In this document: piece after piece, positions 38,132 to 49,207 of the stretch
Position numbering within the stretch: position 1 is the stretch's first letter
How the letters are laid out: each line of letters begins with the position of its first letter
Assembly: GCA_003344405.1 (NCBI GenBank)
Contig: NOWV01000024.1
Span: 682,001-731,207 of the forward strand
Length of the DNA stretch: 49,207 bases
From: Trichoplax sp. H2
Lineage: Eukaryota
Direction: 5' to 3'
Translations under genes and position numbers: made by a program
Notes under the pieces: model-generated
The model's database searches: none
What the model saw: the letters and a program-made list of their open reading frames with translations, nothing else
Told to the model about the DNA's origin: nothing

Positions 38132-39514
38132 TATGCGTATCTCCCACCTTATCAAGTAATGATCCAATTTTTGTCATTGTTTAATAAACTATAAGATATG
38201 CAATTTTATGGTAACATAACATATCAAACAATGCTCGTATGGTTTGTAAATAAAAATTGCTAATTTTAGAAGTATATTTAACAGAAATCCAAGTGTCAAT
38301 CAAATAGAGTTAATTATCCAACAATTACAGTTCAACATTGTTGTGATTTTCTAGGAAAATCATGATAAGGTGATAAAGTAATTTCAAAGTCAAAATAGAA
38401 TTATTTGCTGCTATTCAATTATAGCAATAGACATCAAAAACATCAATGTATTTCTTTGTAAGATAAACTGATACAGGGGCTTGCATTATTAGCTCAGTTG
38501 CTTCTTGAAAGTGATGAAATAATTGACATGAGAATTTCATCACCTCGTAATAATGCTAAATTTACTAGCCATAGCATTTATTTTGAGGTAAAGTTTAAAA
38601 TGCTTTTAATTTTCTTGATGAAAAGTTATTGTTAATATTGTATTCCTATGTTCACATATCAGAATATATCTTTAGTTTCAGTCTATGGGTTCGAAGTTAT
38701 GATATTGCTCATTTATCAACCTCCTCGCTTGATAATTAGTTCAACACTTTAGATGGTGTTATTACTTTGCAAGACATCGCAAAGGACTACTGCGATAAAA
38801 TTATCCTGTCAACTTTCGAAATATTTTACGAGGATAGTTTCTTTACCCGTATTCATTGAACATATTTGAAGTGACATTAGCTATGGTCTAATACAGCGCT
38901 CGATTTTTAATTAATTATAAATAAAATATAATCTAAGATGCCATCTGATTAGCTCGGCTTTTTAGAAAAATATCGATATGTACCTTACAGATTACACCAG
39001 ACAAAGACTATTATTAAGCGATAACGTACTAATCATACTATGCCTTAATAAATGTAATCTCTAATTTACTTCTATAGAGCTTTGACAAAATATTTGCTAA
39101 TAGAAATTTTATAATGATGCATTGTAATGCTAATAAATATACTCTGCCAGTAGTAGGCGGTTACGCTTTAGTGCTTGATTTCTTAAACAAGCTAAAATAT
39201 ATAATTGTCAAAAGCCCACATGATAGTAAGTGCATATCAGCTTGTATTATCCATTTGATTTTATTCAATTTTTACAGAAAGTTGCATAAAGCTATGACTA
39301 TGAGTAAAGCGAAAATGAATCTATATGACATCAATCTAACTCATATAATTAAGAAAATCCATTAATTTCTATATCAAACACTACGTTTAAAATAATATTT
39401 ATTGTATCGTACAAATATATAAAAGATTTAAATCTTTAATAAGATAGAAAATTGTTGCATAGGGTAAATGAATTTTTATGCAAGAAGTAAAAATTTCCTG
39501 TTTATACGAGTATA

Positions 39515-42500
39515 CTAGAAAATTGTTCCCAAAGCTTCGAACCAAGATACCAATGTTGGATCAGTAAGCGTGCAAATTTTAAATTCATCAAAGGACAACC
39601 TAGCCAAAAGATATTATGAAATATGGCTTAAAATAAAAATGAATCGAATCAGGACATAATTAACTGCTCCATCATTCATTTAAGATATTACCTGCCATCC
39701 CTATTAAGATCGCCATGACGAAAAACGTTTTCTACCATCTCATCAATAGCATCTTGTGACATGGCTTCCATAACCGGCCACATGCTTTCTCTGTTATTTA
39801 AAATTGATTAATTGTAGTTAATTTATGACAACAATGAAACATACCTAAATTACTTTTTAAAAATAATATTTCATATGGCATTTTAACCTTTTTCCGTAAA
39901 AACTGGATTGATTGTCAGGAAGCTTTAAAACCTTCTCTTTAGAACTAACACTTGGGCCAGTATTGACAGGGATTGGCGAATTGAAAAATGATGATACAGG
40001 CTTTCCATGCATGTCATCGATATCATAGGGCTACATGCATATAATCGTAAATGCAGTCATCGAAAAAAATAAGACAATATATTTCATCAATACAACAAAG
40101 TTATTCTAGAGTTTGTATTAATCCTATAATATTAGCTACTAAGAAAAATTGCACTGGAGTAGCTACCCTTAGATATTAGCCATTTTATGTTACAAATTAG
40201 CACGCTAATAAAACTAAATATTGTCAAAAGGTAAACAATTTTAACTACACCACTATTGACAATGGCTATGAAATAATAGGGTGTAATAATGAATCACTAT
40301 CAGTAAAATATATACCATTGAATCTTCACATCCTTTTACGACATCCCGTACTAAATCAATTGTAACACCAAAGTAAGCCTAAAAGAAATTTTAACACCGG
40401 AACAAGATAATACCATTACAAATGATATAGATATACAGTAAATCATTACCAGCTCAAGAAATCTATTTGTGTATTGCAATAGTGTATTAGATAATAGTAT
40501 CATAACAAACCTTAAACATTCGTCTTAAATTTTCTTTACTTATGTAGCCAGACCCATCTAAATCATAGCCAGTAAATACGTCTAAACATACAGATAGCCA
40601 TATTTATAAAATGCAATCTCGATAGCTTATAGTCATTTTAGTTATCATAAATACGCCTTTCACATTTTAGCTTTTCATCCAAATTCCCTTTAATAAGAAT
40701 TGAGAGGCCATGAACAAATTCATTAAAATCGATATAACCATTACCATTTCTATCAAAAAACTTTATCAAAAAAGAATGAGTTTTAAATTGTACATTTCTT
40801 TAATTTAGACTAGTTTATATCTAATTCTTTTATATGTACAATATTATTGGAACAGGAAAACCTCATAGATAATTTTTTTTCTACTATATTGACTTTACCT
40901 TAAATAAACGACTCATAACTAGATTTGCTTTACGCCCAAGTGGGCCAAGGCATAAATTAAACACCTCCCGTGATATTCCTTTTACATTATCAGTAAGGAC
41001 TGAAAACTGTTCGTAAAGGCCATTAATTTCTGATAAATCAACTAGGAAGACAACATAATAAAGAATAAAGTAATTATCAACACTATACTGACGAAAACTC
41101 AATGCGATGAACATTATTGGTACAGAGTATAAACAGAGAAAGCTCACAATGAGTGGATTTTTTGTACAACGCAATGTCCTCCCGCAGTAAAGAATGCTTG
41201 ACCTTATGTGATCCTATAATTATTTTTTTAACAACATGATGAAATTATGTAATTGACTCTAATACAACTAGCTATAATAAAAGCACTTTTTTTCTCACGC
41301 AACCTGGATACAAAGGTGAAAGTAGAGCGTTACGAGGATTTATTAGTGAAGGAATAGGAATTTTGATTTTCAAGAATACATGCATTTTGTTATGATTATC
41401 CTGTTAAAATAAAGAAATGATTGAATGGGCATTTACATAGAACCATGCTATTTATTGTATTTGCTAAATTTTATTCATCGTTGAACCTACCTTGCTTTCA
41501 CATCGTTCGCAAACATCATAATCGCTGCAGTTTGCACACTAAAGAAATAAAATGGTAATTAAAATAGATATTCACATCCACGTGTAAAATAAACTTTTAA
41601 TTTTACGATCCGCCAAGTTTTAGCTAAAGCTAACTTTACACGTTAACCATTAACTTTTCAATATATTAACCTTGTACCGGATACCACAGATCGGATTCAT
41701 TCCACAAGAATTGCACACAATTCCACGATGACTAAAACCATCTATCGTATACAATGAAAATTGTAAATAAATTAAAGTCAGAGTCTAATTTTTGACAATA
41801 AATAGCTAATCAGGCATAGCATTATTAATAATTGATATTGCCGCACCTTTAACAGCTTTATCATCTGCAATGCAATAGAGTAAACTTAACAAGTTTTGAT
41901 TATACATTGGTTGCTGTGAATTTATAATAAGAATAAATTAGCAGATTAATGACACAAGTGTTAATTATGATATTTACTTATTTCTAATCTCCGTCAGATC
42001 AAATGTTACCAATAAAGCTATTACCAACAATAATAATCTATTTTAATTCGAAAACAAAGCCTGTTAATGTTATATTGTAACCTTGACGTTGTCCTATCAT
42101 AATCAAGACGATACGCGGGAGTGTCATAGCTTATTTCATATATCTATTGTCATGTCTTTTTCAACTGATGTCAACAATGCTGATCAACCACATGTCGGTA
42201 CTAACTGAATAAATGATTATCCATTGAAGCGTATACGTTTATCTCGATGGTACTTTTCACGCACGGCAAATAATTGATAGTCATCTAATACTAAGCCAGA
42301 TACTATCTTGAAAGTTTTATGATATTGATCTGTCAAATAAACAATGATTACGCTATGCAAATGCGCGAGCAAAATTGTCAGATTAACCAAATATAGGGTT
42401 AAAACAGGGGCAATGTTACGATAATTTTATAGTCTTACAGCTATAACATTTTTAAATTTAAACTTGTATGTGAATAATACTGATTATACATAAAAGACTA

Positions 42501-45500
42501 GTTGAACTGAGTAAAATTACTGTGAGCTCAATAAAATGTATGATAGTTTTGATATCCAGACAGTAAAAGAATGAAAGATATGACTATAAATTATTTGCAG
42601 TATTAAGATATCCTGGCCACGATTAATGGTTATTACTACCGCGAGCAAACATCCTTTTATGCTTTAGATAATAGTTTGCTATAATAAAGGATTCCATTGA
42701 ATTGGTTATAATAACAAGTTAATAACTTTACGGATTATAATACCGTAATTACTGCAGATCCACATAGTCTAATACTTAATGAATAGAAGAGAGTAATTAT
42801 AAGAAGTACAATCAGACAGACAGTAATGGCAATGTTTTCAAACTTAAAGTTATGATATAGTACTATTGACGATAACTAATATGAGATACTGTGAAAATAC
42901 AGCCATCGTATATAGCCAATCCAATATTATTGGTCACAACTATTTAATTAAATCATAAGCAATGTATTGACGTATAGCATGTTGTGGGCAGCAAATAGAA
43001 CTACGCAGGGCAAGATAGTAGCCTAATTGTTGTGATAATAATCCATTATAGAATTAAATGCTTCTGTTGCTATGGCTTATTGATTCAGTGGTGTGAATAA
43101 GTTACAAGAGCAATAAGATAGGTAGATGACCATTGCCAAAGTACGGTCAATCATCAATAGTAAACATAGATGAGTAATTCAATAGCGATCGCATCTTTGA
43201 TAGCAAATGCTGGTTAAAATTGAACGTGATAAAAAAATAGAGACCATTGAATTTCATTTTACGATAAAGCTTAAATCAAGAAAGTTCAAATTGTACTTTA
43301 CAAATTAATCCACATTACAAAGAAGCTTACTAAGGTCAACCAGGTTGCTATTAATAGATATTGCGAAATAAATGATTGTTTAATGTTCGATATAGCGTAA
43401 CTAAAATTATTATTCGTTTCAGGCCAAAGAATAGAAAGCGCACCGGTATCAAACTCTATCGCAAGATATATAATTATGACCTTCAATATTAGTTTAATAT
43501 GTTAAGATACAATTAAGCTTGCTAACGTTTAGTTTAAAGCTTTCGAGAAACAAGTGTAAGAAGTTATAGCAATGTTATTACCACTTTTAGTTTAGTATAC
43601 AAGGTCATACTAAGAAAATTGACCAATTTTAAGTGCTGTATACAGCTATGGTAGCTAATGTATGATAGATTTGATTTTTCTTGTAAACGTCGACTATAAC
43701 AGCGTTGCTAATAAGAAGAATGCTGCAATTATCATGTTTACTTTACTTGATTAAACATTCTGAAACTCTAGTCATAACAATTTTTTCGAAACGTACGAAA
43801 TGATGAGTGCCATTCATAAAATGAAAAACATTCAAGGCTATAAAAAACCTAATGAATATATTACAATAGATTAGCTATTCACATTATGCTACTATTGCTA
43901 AGTAACATGGACAACTTTGATCATAGACTTAACAGTGATGGAGATGACCAAAGTATTATACATACATACAATGTCGCTAAAAGATTTTACGGAAATTTTC
44001 AAAAAGTTAAAAAAGAGCTAATTTTAAACTGTTGTCAGTCATAGAATTGAATACCTAACATTAAGATTGCTGTTGAAATTGTTCAATTAATACATTAGTA
44101 AAATATTTTATTACCGTAGGATTTGCTGATTCACCAGGGTTGTTGAAAGCAGTATGATTTGGCACCGTATTAATGCGATTTCCCCCATGAAATTGATTGC
44201 GTACAGCTTCTGCAGTTAGAGTAAAACGTCCATTTTCATTCGCATGAGCTGTCATTTGATTCAAAAAATATTAAAAATATTGTCAGACAATATCCATTGG
44301 AAACAAAAGTCTCATCGCGAAGCTTTTACTTTAGTCTGTAATTAGAATTATAAGTTAGCGGAAAGCAATGTCATTCCAGTCACTATCTTGCTGGGAAATT
44401 AAGCAATATTATGAATTATCGATGAGGTGCATGAGAATGAGTGCATTGCGATAAAGTTGCACAGTTGTTTAGGCATGTATACTTTTAATTTTATTTTTTT
44501 AATATTGGCATCTGCAGTCTGTAAGGCTTACTCACAATATGGGCTAGGAATGGAAGATCACAGTGCATTGATGATTTAATATCAATAAGTTATTGGTGCT
44601 AATATTACTATGAATAAGCTAACATGATATATAAAATCTCTTCGGAAATGTTACTCATCCGCAAAAGGTGTCATGTGAATACAGTGCAGAAACAATATCA
44701 TCAAGAATAGTAAGATATAACTATCCTATGTTATGTCAATTCTTTCCTACTAGTGAATTGTAACAAGATCATTTGTTGGATAAAGTAATATGGTTCAATT
44801 TTCCAGTATGATAGCAGGTGCAACCACTACCATGTACATCAATGTTGTTCAGGATAAGATTTAGACTACCGTCAGGGTTCAATTAGTAAAGTTCTAGTTC
44901 ACTGTATTGTTTTTGATAGACTGGCATATACGAGTAATATCTATTTGTAAGCTATAACAATATCATTTCTTATATACTTTGAAAGATTCATTTTTAACTC
45001 TCACTCTCACTGTAATAGCTTGAAGCGAGTGGCTACCGCGATAATGAATTAATACGTGTGTGGGTATACGCGTCTGTAATAAGATAGAGATATCAAGATG
45101 GATTATTCTAAGATAGAACTGTTAGCTAGATCGATTCTATCAATGTAGTGCAATGCTAAGCTGTACCAATACTACTACAATAACTAAAGTCGATCAAAAT
45201 AGCATCATTTGGATGCGGCATACATATTGCATCAATAAATATCTCTATATTATCTATTAGTGGAAGCTGCACTCGTTCTATTTCGCGTACTTGTAAGCAT
45301 TTGTACTTTAAACATTACAATTGATCAATGTCACTTGGTACTGAGCATAGCATGTACAATTATACATATGACTTTATCTGATTGATCATGACTGCGTGTA
45401 TCTATGCGTAGTCGAGTATATCTATAGACCATGTAGCTCAGCATAAGAAGATATAACCCTTAGTTAGATCACTTGCGTTGATATCTTTGTTCGCTATCAA

Positions 45501-46199
45501 AATGATAAAAGTAGTTACTGAATATAGTGAATAATGTTACAGACTGTTAATTGGATATACAGTATTGGTATTTCATTTTGATGTTGACCAGTTAGCCTAT
45601 CGCTATATTAAGATACAGCAATGTAGGCTAAGATGGATGATATCTTGTAGCAGTATCATTGTAGAGTAAGCAGTACAAATACGACCAGTATGCAAAGGAT
45701 GACGAGAGTGAGTTCTTGTAGGATACATTAGTACTGGATGTATTTGCACATAACGGATAGAAGCTGTGTATTCAACCTCAACCTGCGAGTTGGATAGCAC
45801 TTTGATGTTTTCCTTGTTTCATAAAAGTAGTAGTACTGTACTCGTCCATTGAATCCATCAACAGTTGCAATATTGTAGTTTAGACAAGTAGTTTAGATAA
45901 GTAGTTTAGACAAGAAATTTCTACCGATCATCATGCATCTCAACAATAACCTATTGATGTGATACAACAGTGGATTGGAAGTCTGCCCTGTCCATCTACC
46001 CAATTTATTTTTCAATTTTGTTCAGAGTATTACGATTGATGATACCTATTGTACGTCGTTGCAAGTATTTGTTGTAGAGATAAGTTGACGAGATTGCTAT
46101 GACCAGACCAGCTGCAGCACCCAGACCAAAATAAATTGATTCATATTTGGAAGTGGATAAAAGATGGATTTCACAAGCCTCTTCCGATAGTGCTTCCAT
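39515..46199 (-). CDS. Membrane-anchored ZZ-type zinc finger + NCS/calcineurin-B-like EF-hand protein (~445 aa model)
   Basis: Exons 46199-46046 (TM IYFGLGAAAGLVIAISSTYLY), 44248-44115, 41913-41847, 41741-41671, 41538-41491, 41400-41304 (ZZ: HRGIVCNSC..IRYKCANCSDYDVCERCE..H..H), 41213-41148, 41041-40899, 40760-40664 (EF DRNGNGYIDFNE), 40581-40511 (DLDGSGYISKEN), 40378-40316, 40030-39888, 39790-39692, 39599-39515 (DLNRDGRLSFDE..WFEALGTIF-stop). All phases match. Linkage of the first two exons is less certain than the 12 core exons. Confidence 0.85.
42680..43180 (-). pseudogene. Possible decayed class A GPCR remnant inside intron 2 of the ZZ/EF-hand gene
   Basis: ITHLCLLLMIDRTLAMV (TM3/DRY-like, ~43178-43128); LIL*WIIITTI in a shifted frame at TM4 spacing; NIAITVCLIVLLIITLF (TM6-like, ~42836-42785). 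Several stops. Confidence 0.3.
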
Positions 46200-46789
46200 G
46201 CTGTATCCACGTCGAATTGACGTTGGAGCCTTATCCGGTAGGTGGCGTTGATCTCTCCACAGTCGGTTGGTGAAGCCAATTGCAATGACGAGACGAAAGT
46301 AAGCACTCGTCGATTACTGCTCCAATACAGTACAGTATTGAAATGATGACAGTCGTCTATGCGGAAGTAGCCTAGCAGTTGAATGTCAATTTCCGATTTT
46401 CTCTTGGTATGATGAACAAGTGTTGAAGTAGGAAGTGAAATTGGCTAATCAATGGTGCACTATCGCACGTCGATGTGTATCCTTGAATGATCAATAACCT
46501 TTTGAATTACCCTTGCGTACAGGGAAATGCGATTAGCAGTCAAGTTTCAATTTTCTACGGGAATGATCATTTGCAAGACAGTTGAAGTATTCATTGAAAA
46601 GATTGCGGTAGTGCAATCATCATCGATAGCGAAAGCAATATCATCGCATTTGCACCATTTTAGCATGCAGCTTGATTAATTGCAACACTCTTGAGCCCAA
46701 ATGCGATGCAGTGACGATGGACGTTGTGCAACAGGCTTGGTATCCACTCACTGACAGTCATTGCATGCTTCAATATCAACACCGATGGT

Positions 46790-48670
46790 TGTCCAGGTAC
46801 TGCATGTTCGCACAGTACTGTACGACTGTCCACTCACCAGACTGAGTGCGGTCCTGTCTGTCCGGACCAGTCCAGTCCAATCTGCTTATTACAGTACAAT
46901 GTGCCGTGACCTGACTGTGGTCTTGTCAAGTACGGGCGACCAACGGAAGGGACAGAGAGTGCGCAGTGACTTGTCGACGGGAACTGGTTCACAGTACCAA
47001 GTACTGTACTTGTCCTGTTCATACTGTGACGTGGATAGTACTGTACACTGTAGAGTATTGAGGGTTGGAAACAATGATACAGTAGTACAGTGCTGTACTG
47101 TACTGTATACTGTCGACCCACACATGCTACAGTAATGTACGGCCATATCTGTCTGTATCCCACTAAGACATTATCCAAGAATCGGAGCGTTGAAATTGCA
47201 GACTGGACGATGTGACACTGTACAGTACTGTGCGGTACAGTATACATCACTGCACAATACTGTACAGTACTTGCTCTTAGCACCGAATACTGTACTAGTT
47301 ATGTTCATACTGGAACATGGATAGTACTGTATTGAGGCATTTGAGGGTTGGAAACATCACATGGTACAGTACTAGACAGTACAGTACTGCCACATCTGTC
47401 TGACTGTCTGTATCCCACACTGAACAGTATCCAAGAATCGCAGCGTTTCTATTGCAGACTGACTTGTAGACGGGAACTTGCTCACAGTACCAAGTACTGT
47501 ACTGGTCATGTTCATACTGTAGCATGGATAGTACTGCACACAGTACTGTACTGTATTGAGGGTTGGAAGCAACCATACCGTAGTACTGTACTGTACAGTG
47601 TACTGTACAGTACAGTAGTGGACGACCATATCTGTCTGACTGTCTGTATCCCATTAGGACAGTATCCAAGAATCGGAGCGTTTCAATTGCAGACTGGGAC
47701 GATGTTACTCTGTACAGTACAGTACTGTACTGTCAAGTACGGGCGACAAAACGAAGGGAAAGAGAGTGCGCAGTGACTTGTCGACGAGAACTTTCTCACA
47801 GTACCAAGTACTGTACTACTGTAGTCATGTTCATACTGTACAGTAAGATGGAAAGTACTGTACAGTACTGTACGGTACATTGAGGGTTGGAAACAATACA
47901 GGACGGTCATGTCTGTCTGACTGTCTGTATGTCATCAGGACAGTATCCAAGAATCGGAGCGTTTCAATTGCAGACGGGAACGATGTTACTACAGTACTGT
48001 ACTGTACAGTACAACACTGCACTGTACTGTACTGTACTGTACGGTACATTGAGGGTTGGAAACAATACTGGACGGTCGTGTCTGTACAGTACAGTACAGT
48101 ACAGTAAGATGGAAAGTACTGTACAGTACTGTACGGTACATTGAGGGTTGGAAACAATACAGGACGGTCATGTCTGTCTGACTGTCTGTATGTCATCAGG
48201 ACAGTATCCAAGAATCGGAGCGTTTCAATTGCAGACGGGAACGATGTTACTACAGTACTGTACTATAGTACTGTACAGTGTACAGTGTACAGTGTACAGT
48301 ACAACACTGCACTGTACTGTACAGTATGATTATTTTCGATGTCTCCTCTTCGTTAAAAAATTAAAGTTGTATTCCGTTGAAATTCATGTATAGTATTTAT
48401 ATATACCCATAGAAGGATATCTCCCAATATAAATAAGAACCAAGTTGGCATTCCTGAGCTATTAGGCTACAGCCAAGTATAGAATTTATCTAGTTTGGGT
48501 CTGATTTAGCCTATACAATTATATGTTTTCGGGGTGCCATCGAAAATAATCACACTGGTGTACTGTACTGTACGGTACATTGAGGGTTGGAAACAATACT
48601 GGACGGTCGTGTCTGTCTGACTGTCCATCCGCACTGTACTGTACTAGTGTACTGTATACTGTACTCTACA
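46790..48670. repeat. Composite satellite of ~235-280-bp units with embedded ACTGT/ACAGT pentamer arrays
   Basis: GAGGGTTGGAA at 47060, 47343, 47558, 47882, 48051, 48143 and 48582. TATCCAAGAATCG at 47172, 47428, 47663, 47944 and 48205. An identical ~165-bp block occurs at 47838 and 48099. Confidence 0.9.
48322..48557. mobile_element. MITE-like non-autonomous DNA transposon (236 bp) inserted in the satellite
   Basis: Left end CAGTATGATTATTTTCGATGTCTCC versus reverse complement of right end CAGTGTGATTATTTTCGATGGCACC (22/25 match, 15-bp perfect core). AT-rich interior. The satellite resumes immediately after. Confidence 0.75.
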
Positions 48671-49207
48671 GACCCGCTACCAGTACTCTGACACCATGGA
48701 AGGCGTCAGGCGAAGAATGTCATCACGGTAATGGTACCGTACAGTATTACCGTACCATAGAAATCAAGCGTCACTGCAAGGACGATCGTGTCACCACTGG
48801 CTGCCATCCACCTCCCTGCTCAACCCTTGCCAGCTTACCAACGCAAGACACCAATATGGCCGGACCATTGAAAAGGGTTAGTCAATCAATGTCGATATTA
48901 GCGTTGATCCATAACTAAATCCAGGCCAAGTCATAGCAGTAAAATAGGAGATAAAACAGTTATAACAGAATAATAGGAATCTGCCTTTTGCGATGCTTAT
49001 CCATCGACGTCCAAGTTACTGTAACCAATCGTCTCCAAGGGATCCTCTTTTGAAGCTTGTCTAACATTTTTCTCTTTATCTTGACTAAAACAGACAACCA
49101 ATCTAACTGGATTGGCGGTTGCAACAAATCCTCGTCAGGTAATTTTCTATTCATGATGAGGTAGTCTTACTGTAAAATCATTTTTCAAGCCATCACAGGA
49201 TACAACT

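Noticed and set aside
42082..42329. Exon-like segment between ZZ gene exons 2 and 3
   Set aside because: I could not find a stop-free, phase-compatible acceptor/donor pair.
47060..48600. Repeat-spacer-like pattern suggestive of a CRISPR array
   Set aside because: The intervening sequences are homologous to each other and repetitive, the context is eukaryotic, and there are no cas genes.
46724..48918. Many overlapping ORFs rich in Y/C/T/V/Q/S on both strands
   Set aside because: Translations of ACTGT/ACAGT repeats that happen to lack stops; no domain signal.
48690..49207. GC-richer segment with ORFs 48580-48918 (+) and 48960-49154 (-) and a possible MAGPLKR first exon
   Set aside because: No recognisable domain or consistent downstream exon within the window; it may be the start of a gene continuing outside.

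Overview
AT-rich, intron-dense animal genomic DNA. Composition, short GT-AG introns and a CAGTA/TACTG-rich satellite suggest a placozoan (Trichoplax-like) genome, but this is inference. Splicing by hand gave six phase-consistent multi-exon genes. (1-2) A head-to-head pair of divergent Eph-receptor-like genes about 1 kb apart; the complete + strand copy has the full Eph ectodomain and a TM helix but ends in a short Cys-rich, PDZ-motif tail with no kinase or SAM domain. (3-4) Two tandem secreted DNase I paralogs with identical exon sizes and a shared promoter module. (5) A two-exon TIMP-family gene that has lost both cysteines of the Cys1-Cys70 inhibitory disulfide. (6) A 14-exon membrane-anchored ZZ-zinc-finger/EF-hand protein. 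Non-genic content includes probable decayed GPCR remnants in two introns, a strongly G-depleted island, several local tandem duplications, and a composite satellite interrupted by a 236-bp TIR element. All gene models and homology calls come from reading the sequence, with no database search.
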